From Bradymonadia bacterium (GTDB lineage: Bacteria; Myxococcota_A; Bradymonadia; UBA7976; UBA1532): DNA of 64,000 nt. A program made the translations under genes and the position numbers. Under the pieces are notes generated by a model. It searched no databases. It was not told where the DNA came from and saw only the letters and a program-made list of their open reading frames with translations. The stretch lies in NCBI GenBank assembly GCA_046290225.1, contig JBKAGE010000045.1, forward strand, positions 34,279 through 98,278, read 5' to 3'. Of the stretch, positions 9,224 to 18,352 are shown piece after piece; positions within the stretch are counted from its first letter, which is position 1, and the number at the start of each line of letters is the position of its first letter.

Positions 9224-10599
9224 GGGGCGCTCTCCTTGTCGGGCCACAGCTCTGTGCCGACCAGGCCTTCGAGGGTTGCAGCGGTTTCGTGGTAGGTGAT
9301 GCGTGCGTCGATGTATTGCCCAGTTGCGGTCAATAGCCGCTCGCGCGTCTGTGAGACTTGGTGAACGTCAACTTCACCAAGCTCGTAGGCTCGTTGGAGC
9401 AATGAGAGATTCGCCTCGAGCTGTGGGACGACATCTGTCTCGTATAGAGCGACACGCTCTACAGCTGCGTTAAGTGCGATTGCGGCCTGAAGGAGCTCAC
9501 CCCGAAGCTTAGCTGCCGTTGCTTTGCGCTCTCTGCCCGCAACTACCAGCTTGGCCTCGGCGAGCGCGCGGCCATCCTGGTTGGTCCGCCAGACTGGAAT
9601 CGGGAAGGTCAGATTAAAAAGCCAGATGTCGGCCTCTCCCTCTGGGCCGGGGGCGGCCTCTCGGCTATAAGAGAAGCCAACAGTAGGCTCAGGCCACGCT
9701 TCTCGATCTTCCAGCGAGAGCCGACTCTGACCCGCAACCACGGCAAGCTCACGGGTGCGAAGTGAGGGGTGGTTCTCAGCCATCAATACTAAAAGTGCAT
9801 CTGTGTCTGCCGCAGGCCGCACACCTGGCAGTGTGCCTTGGACCTCAGGTAGCGTTGTCTCTGGCCAGCCGATGACTGCGGCTAGCCGGGCGGTCAGCGA
9901 CTCCCCTGTTTGCTGAGCCTCAATGACCGCCTCACGAGTTTGCGCCAGATCAGCGTCAGCCACCAGCAAGATGAGGGGTGACGACTCTCCTGCCTTCACC
10001 TGTTGAGCCGCGATATTGCGCATGGATTGCGCGAAAGCCACGAAACGCTCCGCCTGAGCAAGCCGCTCGCGTACCAGCAGGATATCGACGAAGAGTCGGT
10101 GCACCTCCACATGTACGCTCCATCGGATCTCATTGACGGCTGCTTCGCTGAGACGTTGTTGATCCTCCGCAGCATCGAGCCTCAGCCCCGGCTCACCGGC
10201 AATCTCAAGTTGCTGCTGAACAGCCACCTCAAACTCGAAGCCAGTCGCGTTCTCGACCGTGCGCCTACCAACGCCGAAGCTAAACTGCGGATTCGCAGGG
10301 AGCACGATGTTGGCGCCAATTACCCCCGCCTTGGCTAACCCGACCCGTGCCCATGCTGTTTGAATCACCGGAGAGTGTGAATCAGCGTATATCAACGCCT
10401 GCTCAAGTGTCAGTGCGGATATTTTCGACGGTTCTATAGGCTTCCCAGCTGGAACATATGGCAGGACTGTCTCCGCTGGTGCGTAGACGCCTGGCTTTGG
10501 CAGAGGCCTTGTCATTCGGGTTGGTGCACACGCTGTCACCAAGCTACTACTGGTGATAGTAATTGAAGGTAGCAACCAGCCAAGGAGAGTACGCCACAT
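9220..10599 (-). CDS. czcC: CzcC/TolC-family outer-membrane factor
   Basis: Lipoprotein-like Cys, PANPQF, LQRAYELGEVD; operon position. Confidence 0.88.
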   Translation of the reverse strand: MWRTLLGWLLPSITITSSSLVTACAPTRMTRPLPKPGVYAPAETVLPYVPAGKPIEPSKISALTLEQALIYADSHSPVIQTAWARVGLAKAGVIGANIVLPANPQFSFGVGRRTVENATGFEFEVAVQQQLEIAGEPGLRLDAAEDQQRLSEAAVNEIRWSVHVEVHRLFVDILLVRERLAQAERFVAFAQSMRNIAAQQVKAGESSPLILLVADADLAQTREAVIEAQQTGESLTARLAAVIGWPETTLPEVQGTLPGVRPAADTDALLVLMAENHPSLRTRELAVVAGQSRLSLEDREAWPEPTVGFSYSREAAPGPEGEADIWLFNLTFPIPVWRTNQDGRALAEAKLVVAGRERKATAAKLRGELLQAAIALNAAVERVALYETDVVPQLEANLSLLQRAYELGEVDVHQVSQTRERLLTATGQYIDARITYHETAATLEGLVGTELWPDKESAP

Positions 10600-10611
10600 A
10601 CGAACCTCGAC

Positions 10612-11619
10612 TTAGAGCAGGGAGTGGAGCAGGCGCTCCACCTCAAAATGGAAATATTCGAGCAACCCCAGGTTGTCGATATGAGGCGTGGTGAGGGAGG
10701 CAAAAACGCCAACAGCCAGGACTATGTGGCCAATGGTGCGTACAGGAGCTGGAGGCCCATTCATAAGCAGCTCGAGCCGTAGCTTGAGCGCAGCTCCATT
10801 GTGACCACAGAGCGCCACACCATGCGATAGAAGGCCTTCACAGCGGAACTTGGCGGCTCGAACAATCCCCTCAGCCAAAGCGAGAGGCTCTCCGCCTCGG
10901 TGGACTGCTTCACTATCGCAGACAGCTTCGCGCGCTGCACGCCATCGCTCGAAGTCAGGAGAGAGGAGAGCACTGGTAGGATTGACGGCAAGGCAGAGAC
11001 GAGCGAGGAAGCCTCTGAGCGTATCCAGTCCAGCAATATGAGCGTGCTCATGCAGGAGCACCGCGTGTAGGACTTCTGGGTCTGAGTCTCGAATGAAGCA
11101 AGCGTCGACCACCACAATGGGACGCAACAAGCCCAACGTGTAGATCGGCTCAGTCGACTTGCGCACCACTACAATACGTAGAGAGTGGAGATGGGCATCT
11201 TGTTCAGCGGTGTCCATGATCCGTCTGACGAGGTCGTGTTCACACCCCAGCCGTTGGAGCTTAGCTCGGGGCCACTCCCGCCAGAGTCGAACAGCAATCA
11301 TGCCTGTCATTCCAACCACCAGAAACCCAAGCAACAGCAGCGTGTCGACGCAGATCGTTGCTTCCATGTGATTGATGAAACAGGAGTCTGAGTTATGTGC
11401 TGGCTCGCTCTGATGGAGCACTGACGAAGTCAGCCACAGTACAGGAAACAAGGTTGGTGCAACGAGCCAGGCGAAGGTTGCTTCCGAACCAAAGCTTGCC
11501 CAGTTCGCAGCTCGCCGGCGGTTAAGTGAGAGCGCAACTCGGCTCCCCAACGTCAGCAGTGGGATCAAGACGAGGAATGTCGCAGCGACCGCAGTGAGCG
11601 GAAAAAAGAGATCATTCAT
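10612..11619 (-). CDS. M56 (BlaR1-like) membrane metallopeptidase
   Basis: TM segments, [16 protein letters not shown] (HExxH), REAVCD. Confidence 0.88.
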   Translation of the reverse strand: MNDLFFPLTAVAATFLVLIPLLTLGSRVALSLNRRRAANWASFGSEATFAWLVAPTLFPVLWLTSSVLHQSEPAHNSDSCFINHMEATICVDTLLLLGFLVVGMTGMIAVRLWREWPRAKLQRLGCEHDLVRRIMDTAEQDAHLHSLRIVVVRKSTEPIYTLGLLRPIVVVDACFIRDSDPEVLHAVLLHEHAHIAGLDTLRGFLARLCLAVNPTSALLSPDFERWRAAREAVCDSEAVHRGGEPLALAEGIVRAAKFRCEGLLSHGVALCGHNGAALKLRLELLMNGPPAPVRTIGHIVLAVGVFASLTTPHIDNLGLLEYFHFEVERLLHSLL

Positions 11620-12038
11620 GATCCCCCTCTTCTTCGCTTGCGAATCAGGACTTCCAGACGGTCCAATTCCGCATCATCAGCCTCCGCAACCCGTTCGACC
11701 AAGAATGCAACTGCAGCCTCCTGGCCCACAGGAGGAAGGCTCCCGAGCACCTCTCGGGTCATCGCCTGGATGAACTCGGACCGGCCCATTGTGGATTGAT
11801 AGAGGTAACGCCGGCCTTCCTTGCGCCTGGTCAGAAGCTCCTTGTCATAGAGCCGGCTGACTGTGGTCATCACCGTCGTGTACGCAATCTCTCGTTGGCC
11901 CTCGAGTATTTCGTGGACATCGGTGACCGCGAACTCGTCCCACCCCTTCTCCCAGACAGCCTCCATAATCTCGGCTTCGAGATCATACAGCGATGTGCGC
12001 AGCCCATCCTGCTCAGGCCGAATTCGAATGCCTTTCAC
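11616..12038 (-). CDS. BlaI/MecI/CopY-family repressor
   Basis: [10 protein letters not shown]...[33 protein letters not shown] start with GGAGG SD. Confidence 0.93.
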   Translation of the reverse strand: MKGIRIRPEQDGLRTSLYDLEAEIMEAVWEKGWDEFAVTDVHEILEGQREIAYTTVMTTVSRLYDKELLTRRKEGRRYLYQSTMGRSEFIQAMTREVLGSLPPVGQEAAVAFLVERVAEADDAELDRLEVLIRKRRRGGS

Positions 12039-12084
12039 AACTGCCTCCACGCACAATTGCGTCGGTTAGGGAACTTGACCTCAC

Positions 12085-12114
12085 AAAACTACTACTTGCG
12101 GTAGTAGATATCAA
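12085..12114 (-). promoter_or_regulatory. Promoter of the blaI-czc operon with BlaI-type operator
   Basis: Minus strand TTGATA-17-TAGTTT; palindrome CTACTAC-TTGCG-GTAGTAG at 12089-12107. Confidence 0.8.
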
Positions 12115-12345
12115 GGAGGAGCCTTTCAGGTAATCAAGGACCTTTTGATCTTACCTTGTTGACGACAGACCAAGTGAGCACCTCCTCGACGGCTTCTCTA
12201 CCCAGGGGGTGGCTTCAGCTCTCAGGTCTTGCCCCCCGATCCTCCTGCTATCACCTAAGTATCCCTCCACAGGAAGTAGGACTACGCATACGTGAGCATG
12301 CGGGCAGGCTGGTAGAACAGCCAGACGCACCTGCCCGGGATTCAT

Positions 12346-12795
12346 ATGCGCCAACTTCTTCTGCTCCTCTGTCTGCCCTCTGCAGCCCTGGCGTCCCCAG
12401 AGCCACCTGATGGCCATGCAAGCTGGGACGAGGGACATGAACGCAGAGGAGCAAGCAGCATGGACGCAGAAGCAGAGCAGCAGCCCTACGGCTGGGAGAA
12501 GAGTTGGGTCGACACGCAACAGGGCGACGGAGCGTGGACCCAAGGGGAGTGCTATCTCTACATGCGATGGGCAAGCAGCAATGCCTACTGGACAGCCAGG
12601 TGGTTTGGTGGTGAGAGCACCCGTCGCTTCAGAGGTGGGCGTTTCGAGGACGTTGCGCCAGCGGCGTTCAGAGCGGCCAGAGAGCTTCTGGTGGAGACAG
12701 GCCGGCTGCCTGAGATCTCCCCCGGGGAGGAGGCCTCCCACGGGCATGCAGGTACCCAAGGTGCGCGCAGCATCGACACCGGGGCCGTCGAGTGA
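12346..12795 (+). CDS. Hypothetical secreted protein
   Basis: Signal-peptide-like N-terminus; stop overlaps the next GTG start. Confidence 0.45.
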   Translation: MRQLLLLLCLPSAALASPEPPDGHASWDEGHERRGASSMDAEAEQQPYGWEKSWVDTQQGDGAWTQGECYLYMRWASSNAYWTARWFGGESTRRFRGGRFEDVAPAAFRAARELLVETGRLPEISPGEEASHGHAGTQGARSIDTGAVE

Positions 12796-13316
12796 CGGAC
12801 CAGAGCCCGAGGTGGCTCAACCTGAGGGGCCGCGACATCACCCCTCAGGATCTACTCACCGGGTGTGGTGTGATGCATCCGCCGGTGCCCATCTTCGAAC
12901 TCGCCCGGTGGCTCGACGTGCGTGTCGACTTCAGCGCGAACCACGCGGATGGGCACATGGTGCTCTCCAGCTCAGCCCTCATCGTGCTCAATAGCCGCAA
13001 GCCCGCGGTGCGTCAGCGCTTCACCCTTGCCCACCTCGTCGCGCACATGCTGCTGCACACCGACGTCGTGGAGCTCGTCGAGGACTTTAACACGCGAGAC
13101 ATGGGCCCTGTGGCCCAGCGCCGGCAACCGCATCTGTGGGAGAGGGAGCGCGAGGCCGATGACTTCGCCGCCGAGCTGCTCGTGCCCAGCAAGATGCTTG
13201 ACCTGGACCTGCTCGAGGAGAAGTGGCGAGACCCCGACCTGCTGGCGCAGCGGTATCAGGTCTCGCCCACCACGATGCAGGTGCGGTTGAAGGAGTTGCT
13301 CAAGCCTGGGCCCTGA
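12792..13316 (+). CDS. ImmA/IrrE (DUF955) family protein with degenerate active site
   Basis: PPVPIFELAR...RQRFTLAHLVAH...EREADDFAAELLVP...LAQRYQVS. Confidence 0.85.
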   Translation: MTDQSPRWLNLRGRDITPQDLLTGCGVMHPPVPIFELARWLDVRVDFSANHADGHMVLSSSALIVLNSRKPAVRQRFTLAHLVAHMLLHTDVVELVEDFNTRDMGPVAQRRQPHLWEREREADDFAAELLVPSKMLDLDLLEEKWRDPDLLAQRYQVSPTTMQVRLKELLKPGP

Positions 13317-13325
13317 TCTGCCCCG

Positions 13326-13709
13326 TCAGGCGGCGTGGAACTCTTCGGCGATGCCCAGCAGGATTTCGGTGGGGATCCCAAGGCCCACGTGGAGCTTGCG
13401 GATCATGTCGAGCGAGAGGCTGCGCTTACCGGAGAGCACCTCCGACACACGGCCACTGTGCCCGATGTAGGGCTCCAGGTCCTTACGGCTGAGCCCCTGC
13501 TGCTCCATGCGAAACTTGATGGCCTCGATGGGCGAGGGCGGTGGCAGAGCATGGTGCCGGCGCTCGTATTCGTCGATGAGCACCGAGAGCACTTCCATGG
13601 CGTCGCGGGCGTCCTGGTCAGACGCCAGCCGAGGCCACAGATCGTCGACGAGAGCCACAGCACGGGCGTGATCTGCATCATCACGGATGGGGCGGATTTC
13701 GATGCTCAT
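13326..13709 (-). CDS. higA: HigA-type antitoxin/HTH regulator (orphan)
   Basis: IRPIRDDAD...LIDEYE...PSPIEAIKFRMEQQGLSRKDL...SEVLSGKRSLSLDMIRKLH. Confidence 0.9.
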   Translation of the reverse strand: MSIEIRPIRDDADHARAVALVDDLWPRLASDQDARDAMEVLSVLIDEYERRHHALPPPSPIEAIKFRMEQQGLSRKDLEPYIGHSGRVSEVLSGKRSLSLDMIRKLHVGLGIPTEILLGIAEEFHAA

Positions 13710-13742
13710 GCTGTGCTCCTCTGAGGATGCACCATTGATGGC

Positions 13743-15764
13743 TCATGTCTTGAGCCCCTTCAAGTACTCCGCCCACCTCGAGGCGATGACGCCCCAGTCC
13801 AACCCGCGGGCGCGCTCCACTGCCTCACCTGCCAGCCGGCGACGCATCGCAGCATCAGCGATGGCCTGAGCGACTGCCTCTTCGAGATCATCATGGGGCA
13901 CGACAAGGGCATCTTGGTCGTGGGTGGCGTACTCGTCGACGCCGCGGCACTGAGTGCTCACGAGGGTGGCGCCAGAGGCCATCGCTTCGAGGCCAGTGAG
14001 CCCGAAACCCTGGTACTCGCTGGGCTCGACAACGATGTCCACCTGGGCCATCAGCTCGGCGAGGTCCCTTCGGCCCAGGCGACCGTGGCGACCGCAGGCG
14101 CCGACACAGCTGGGCACGTTCGCTTCGTGGCCCGTCCACCCGAACAGCTCGAGGGAGATGCGATCTCCAAAGCGGCGGTGCAGGCCTTCGTACACCTGGC
14201 GCAAGCGAGCCATGCCCCGACGCACCGCGGTCTTGGGCCGCCACATGGCGAGTACTCGCACTCGGCGGTTGTCGCGGGGCCCTCGGGGATGGAACAGGGC
14301 CGTGTCTACGCCGGCGGGAATGACGGAGTACTTCTCCCGCTGCAGCCCGAGGTCCTCGGCGGCGGTGTCGAGGATCCAACGCGAGACGCCGATGCCGCGG
14401 CCGATGTCGATGAACCCGCGGATCATCTCTTCGGTCATGCCCCGGCGACCGTTGCCCTCGAACCAGTCTTCTCGATCCTGGAGCACCGTGGTCAGCTGGA
14501 GGTCGGGGTTGCTGTCCACGATCTCTCGGGCCACCTTCCCAGCACCCCAGTGGCTGGCCACGACGATGCCCTCGCTCCAGCCCAGGTGCCGGCGCCAGTC
14601 GGTCTTGAGCTGCGAGGGATGGCGCACCATGACCGGCGGCACCTGCGGGCGGAACTGGTGCGGTGTGAGGCTGTGCCCCACGACCTGAGCCCAGACGCCG
14701 TGCTTGTGGAGTCGATCTGCCAGCTCGAGCAAGAGAAGTACTCCACCCCAGGGGCCGACGTTGGAGGTGTAGAGTGCCACCGGCAGGCCTTGTGGCCGAT
14801 GGTATGCCACTGCAGCACGGGCTGCGCTCGTCTCGATACCCCAACACGATGATGCGCCGCCGTCGGTGTCCACGAGCTCGCTGATGGGCCCAGGTCGATC
14901 ATGGGCCCGCCACACGAAGGCGCTCTGACACACCACGGTGGTGCTTCGGATGCACGGGCGCTTGCCCTCGGCCATCTGTGCCACCAAGGGGCCGCACAGC
15001 AGCAGCACCCCGGGGTGTCTGGGGCAACCAGGGATCGGGGGCAGGGCAGATCCCCTGAGGGCAGCATCGATCTCCGCCGGCGGCAGGCCACCTCGGATCC
15101 GGGGATGAGGGCTTGTGGCATCGCCGGGGGCGGGCAGGTCCGTCGGGGCGCTCACGTTGCACAGAGGCACGACCGCGCCGGCGCCGTTGGCCTCCCGTGC
15201 TGCCAGAAGACGATCACCGAGGCCTTCGCCGACGACGACACCGTGCTCGATGATCAGTGCAGCCCCGACATTGCCCTCGTCGAGGATCGGACCGAGCAGG
15301 TGGTGAAGCCGACCGCCCTCGAGGAGATCAGCCGCGGTGTCATCGGGGCCCAACTGGATCTCAACGAGGGGCCCATCGGTGTATGCCGAGATCTCCAGCT
15401 GCTGCTGCGGCGCATCCATGGGACCCCCACCAAAGGGGCTGTCGATGGCCCGACCTGGCCAGGGCTCAGCGCCGTTGTGTCGGTTGCTCATGACGGCCTT
15501 TCGTTTCTTGGGCGGCTCGGGGCGTAGAGGGCGTGCCAGGGCCTGTCGTGGCTCTGGGGCATACCCGAGGCGGGCCGAGACCTCCTTGGGCTCCAGAGCG
15601 GCGCCCAGGTGGCTCACGGCGTCGTTCGGAAGGTGCCTGTAGTGCCAGGCCAGGATGTAGTCACCCGGACGCACCTCGATGGGTGCCTGCCCAGGCAAAG
15701 ACAGCGTCGTCGGCGCCGGGCCCCCATACCTGCGCCACAGCTCGAGGTCGAGGATGCTCCTCAT
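13743..15764 (-). CDS. Multidomain glycosyltransferase with C-terminal GT4 (GT-B) domain
   Basis: IPAGVDTALF, DIVVEPSEYQGFGLTGLEAMASG; start chosen at the TGATG overlap with the upstream gene. Confidence 0.85.
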   Translation of the reverse strand: MRSILDLELWRRYGGPAPTTLSLPGQAPIEVRPGDYILAWHYRHLPNDAVSHLGAALEPKEVSARLGYAPEPRQALARPLRPEPPKKRKAVMSNRHNGAEPWPGRAIDSPFGGGPMDAPQQQLEISAYTDGPLVEIQLGPDDTAADLLEGGRLHHLLGPILDEGNVGAALIIEHGVVVGEGLGDRLLAAREANGAGAVVPLCNVSAPTDLPAPGDATSPHPRIRGGLPPAEIDAALRGSALPPIPGCPRHPGVLLLCGPLVAQMAEGKRPCIRSTTVVCQSAFVWRAHDRPGPISELVDTDGGASSCWGIETSAARAAVAYHRPQGLPVALYTSNVGPWGGVLLLLELADRLHKHGVWAQVVGHSLTPHQFRPQVPPVMVRHPSQLKTDWRRHLGWSEGIVVASHWGAGKVAREIVDSNPDLQLTTVLQDREDWFEGNGRRGMTEEMIRGFIDIGRGIGVSRWILDTAAEDLGLQREKYSVIPAGVDTALFHPRGPRDNRRVRVLAMWRPKTAVRRGMARLRQVYEGLHRRFGDRISLELFGWTGHEANVPSCVGACGRHGRLGRRDLAELMAQVDIVVEPSEYQGFGLTGLEAMASGATLVSTQCRGVDEYATHDQDALVVPHDDLEEAVAQAIADAAMRRRLAGEAVERARGLDWGVIASRWAEYLKGLKT

Positions 15765-15988
15765 CAGCCAACCCCCTTGAGCCAGGACCAGAGCGCCCGC
15801 CAGTAGTTGCGGACGTAGGGCGACACGTAGACCAAGAGCCGCCCAGTGAAGGGCAGATGCTCTGTGAGGACGCAGGGCCACCCATCGAGCCTCGAGCACT
15901 GCTCGTTGGAGCACAGGCGGTGCGGTAAGCCGTAGTACACCACCCGGTGCTGGTGGGCGCCGCAGGACGGGCACTGGTCGGTCGTCAT
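15764..15988 (-). CDS. Small Cys-rich hypothetical protein
   Basis: CPSC...C..C; coupled to both neighbours. Confidence 0.55.
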   Translation of the reverse strand: MTTDQCPSCGAHQHRVVYYGLPHRLCSNEQCSRLDGWPCVLTEHLPFTGRLLVYVSPYVRNYWRALWSWLKGVG

Positions 15989-16602
15989 CGAAGCTGCTCC
16001 AGAAGATCGAGGCTGTTCAGGATCAAACTCCGAGTGCCCCTCGCGTCGCCCAAAGCGGTGTGGAGACCACCATGTGGGATCTCAGCGCCGAGGTAGCTCC
16101 AGGCATCAGCAGTGCCCACGAACTCAGGCGGCATAGCGCCGGTGGAGGCCAGGGCCAGCTGTAGAGCGTGGGTGTCGACCAGCCTGTGGCTGAAGAAGCG
16201 CCGGAAGAAGCCAGGCTCGAGGGCGAGATGCTCGAGCCGCAGCAAGAACCCCCAATCGAAGTGGGCGTTATGCGCCCCGAAGAGCAGCGGTGCCCCGCGG
16301 TGATCTGGACGTTGCTCGGCGCAGCGCTGGGCGATGGGCGTCAAGAAGCGTTCGATCTGCCTGAGGGCCTCGGCGGGCAGGACACCCTCGTCGCGCACAA
16401 CCTCGAGGTCGATCTTGTTCACCTCGAGGGCCTCTTGCTCGACGGAGAGCTCGGGCTCTCTCACGTAGAGGCGAAGCTCTTCGCCATCGGGCCCCACGAG
16501 TCCTACCTCAAGGAGCGAGTGGAGCCAGGGATCTGTGCCCCCGGTCTCCACGTCGACGGCGACAATGCGATCTCGCATCTGCTGCAGCGACGGCGGCCTC
16601 AA
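15985..16602 (-). CDS. DEDDh 3'-5' exonuclease (DnaQ/RNase T-like)
   Basis: VDVETGG, AHNAHFD, LHTALGDA. Confidence 0.92.
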   Translation of the reverse strand: MRPPSLQQMRDRIVAVDVETGGTDPWLHSLLEVGLVGPDGEELRLYVREPELSVEQEALEVNKIDLEVVRDEGVLPAEALRQIERFLTPIAQRCAEQRPDHRGAPLLFGAHNAHFDWGFLLRLEHLALEPGFFRRFFSHRLVDTHALQLALASTGAMPPEFVGTADAWSYLGAEIPHGGLHTALGDARGTRSLILNSLDLLEQLR

Positions 16603-17360
16603 GGGAACTGCCTGCGGGTGGGAGGTGGCAGCATCTGATGAAAGCGATCAGTGAGCTCGCGGTACATCTCCATGTGATGCTTTGCCGCATCGGTCTTGAT
16701 GGCGGTCCCGAGCTCGCCGTCTTTGACTTCAGTGATGGCGCCAGCGCCAGACCCCTTCCGGCGATGCAGGGCAGCCTCGGCGATGGTGAGGAGCCGACTG
16801 ATGTCCTGACCCTCGCAGTCCTGTGCTGTGGCATACCGAGTCGTGTTGTAGCTGAAGACCACGCTGTGCACCTGCACCGGCGTCGGCATCAGGTAGACGC
16901 TGGCTTCGCTGCTGTCCCGATCGTTGTAAGTCACCCCTTCGCCGAGGAGGCGCGACAGCGCCTTGCGCTCCCGGGCCAGGATGGCCACCGCCGAGGGCTC
17001 GATGGAGGTGCGGGTTCCGATCTCATTGATGGGTCGACCCAGGCTCTGGCCGAGCAGTCCCAGGACGTGACCCCACCCCTGCCAGGACGACACCCCAGGG
17101 CTCTGGTCCAAGGGCCACCAGACGTGACGCAGGCCCACGGCACCCTCGGGAAGGGGCTGGTACACTTGCTGCCCGGGTACAGTCTGAAAGGTACCAACAC
17201 CTGTGCGAGGGCGGTGGTTGTTCAGGATCTCGAGCCCCTCGATGATGGCCCCGTCGACCATCACGTCCGGCACGCTGACTGTGTCCTTGGGATACCCGAC
17301 CGCCGTTCGCAGGTACTCGCGCAAGGCGTGCGGGGTCCCAATGCGCTCTCTGAGCGTCAT
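16599..17360 (-). CDS. Putative head-tail adaptor/neck protein (T4 gp13-like)
   Basis: LREYLRTAVGYP...VDGAIIEGLEIL resembles the gp13 N-terminus; C-terminal helix ending in PPP. Confidence 0.5.
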   Translation of the reverse strand: MTLRERIGTPHALREYLRTAVGYPKDTVSVPDVMVDGAIIEGLEILNNHRPRTGVGTFQTVPGQQVYQPLPEGAVGLRHVWWPLDQSPGVSSWQGWGHVLGLLGQSLGRPINEIGTRTSIEPSAVAILARERKALSRLLGEGVTYNDRDSSEASVYLMPTPVQVHSVVFSYNTTRYATAQDCEGQDISRLLTIAEAALHRRKGSGAGAITEVKDGELGTAIKTDAAKHHMEMYRELTDRFHQMLPPPTRRQFP

Positions 17361-17403
17361 CGTCTGGCTCCTTGATGTGAGAGGAAGGTGGGGTGGGCGT
17401 CTG

Positions 17404-18063
17404 TCAGCTGACGGCTGAGCCCTTGCGGCTGCTCATGCCCAGGGAGGCCATGCGCTCTTCGTTGCGCTGGTCCCTGATGAGCACTGAGAAGTGCAGAACT
17501 GGCGGGCGGCTGTCGAACTCCTCTACGAACCGCTTGATGGCGTCGTTGCTCTGCCGGCTCATGATGAAGTGCTGAGCCTGGAACACCGAGTGGTGGATCT
17601 GCTCCCCCTCCCGAGTCACATACCCATCGTAGTCGGTGCCTTTGGTGTAGTAGCAGGTTTCGATTCGCTGCCCTTTGTGATCAAAGTAGGCCTTCGACGG
17701 GACGTCCTTGGGCTTTGCCGGTGGGATGACGTCGAGCGTTGGCAACACCGCGCGACCGTCTGGCCACTGTTTCGTGTATGCCTTGATGAGGTTGCGGGCC
17801 TGCTTCACCGTCAGCTCGGGCGTCACGCCGAAGGGTCCGACCTCCACCTGCCGGAAGGCTTGCTGCTTCGCCCCAATGGGCATGTTGATGGTGATGGTGC
17901 CAAGCCCCAGATGTACCAAACGCACCTTCGCTGTGGCCTGAAGCCCGTCGAGGGCCTTGAGACCACCAAGAGGCCTTGCCAGTCCGCCCTGGCCCTCCTC
18001 CATGACTCCTGACTGATCTGCGCCGCTCTGGCTGGCAGCTTCTGTTCCTCGCTTGCTGGGCAT
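17404..18063 (-). CDS. Hypothetical phage protein
   Basis: ATG with AGGAG SD; codon style matches neighbours. Confidence 0.6.
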   Translation of the reverse strand: MPSKRGTEAASQSGADQSGVMEEGQGGLARPLGGLKALDGLQATAKVRLVHLGLGTITINMPIGAKQQAFRQVEVGPFGVTPELTVKQARNLIKAYTKQWPDGRAVLPTLDVIPPAKPKDVPSKAYFDHKGQRIETCYYTKGTDYDGYVTREGEQIHHSVFQAQHFIMSRQSNDAIKRFVEEFDSRPPVLHFSVLIRDQRNEERMASLGMSSRKGSAVS

Positions 18064-18191
18064 CTTTGCTCCTGTTTCCTTGCTGTGCTTGCCTGCGAGA
18101 AACAGTGCAATCAGCGCAGCAAAGATGGCGAAACGCGTTCGAGGCTCAGCGCTGGCTCGAGGGTCAACACGAGGGCAACACAAAAAACGTG

Positions 18192-18220
18192 TTGACTGAA
18201 CATAGGGTCAGTTGTAGGGT
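18192..18220 (+). promoter_or_regulatory. Sigma70-like promoter facing opposite to the flanking genes
   Basis: TTGACT-17-TAGGGT; overlapped by CAACAC-N7-GTGTTG. Confidence 0.6.
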
Positions 18221-18226
18221 TTCCCT

Positions 18227-18348
18227 CGGTGGGCCGGTTGGTCTTGGGGCCCTGCCCCGCCCCCCACACCCAAGGGCGGCCGACTCCACCAATCTTCTTG
18301 AACCCCCCCGAGCAACCTTGACTCCCTGCTCGGGGGGGTTTTGTTTTT
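18227..18348 (+). ncRNA. Candidate ~120-nt structured small RNA
   Basis: Lies between a promoter and an intrinsic terminator; long imperfect hairpin GGTGG...CTTGGG/CCCAAG...CCACC; no start codon with SD. Confidence 0.45.
18301..18348 (+). terminator. Intrinsic terminator
   Basis: 14-bp perfect stem AACCCCCCCGAGCA/TGCTCGGGGGGGTT followed by a T-rich tail on +. Confidence 0.75.
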
Positions 18349-18352
18349 GGGC

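Noticed and set aside
13743..15974. 743-aa start for the GT4 gene
   Set aside because: Overlaps the coupled 74-aa ORF; the ATG at 15764 fits better.
18227..18290. tRNA or tmRNA (hairpin ends in TCCACCA)
   Set aside because: No T-loop TTCRA and no cloverleaf; kept only as an sRNA candidate.
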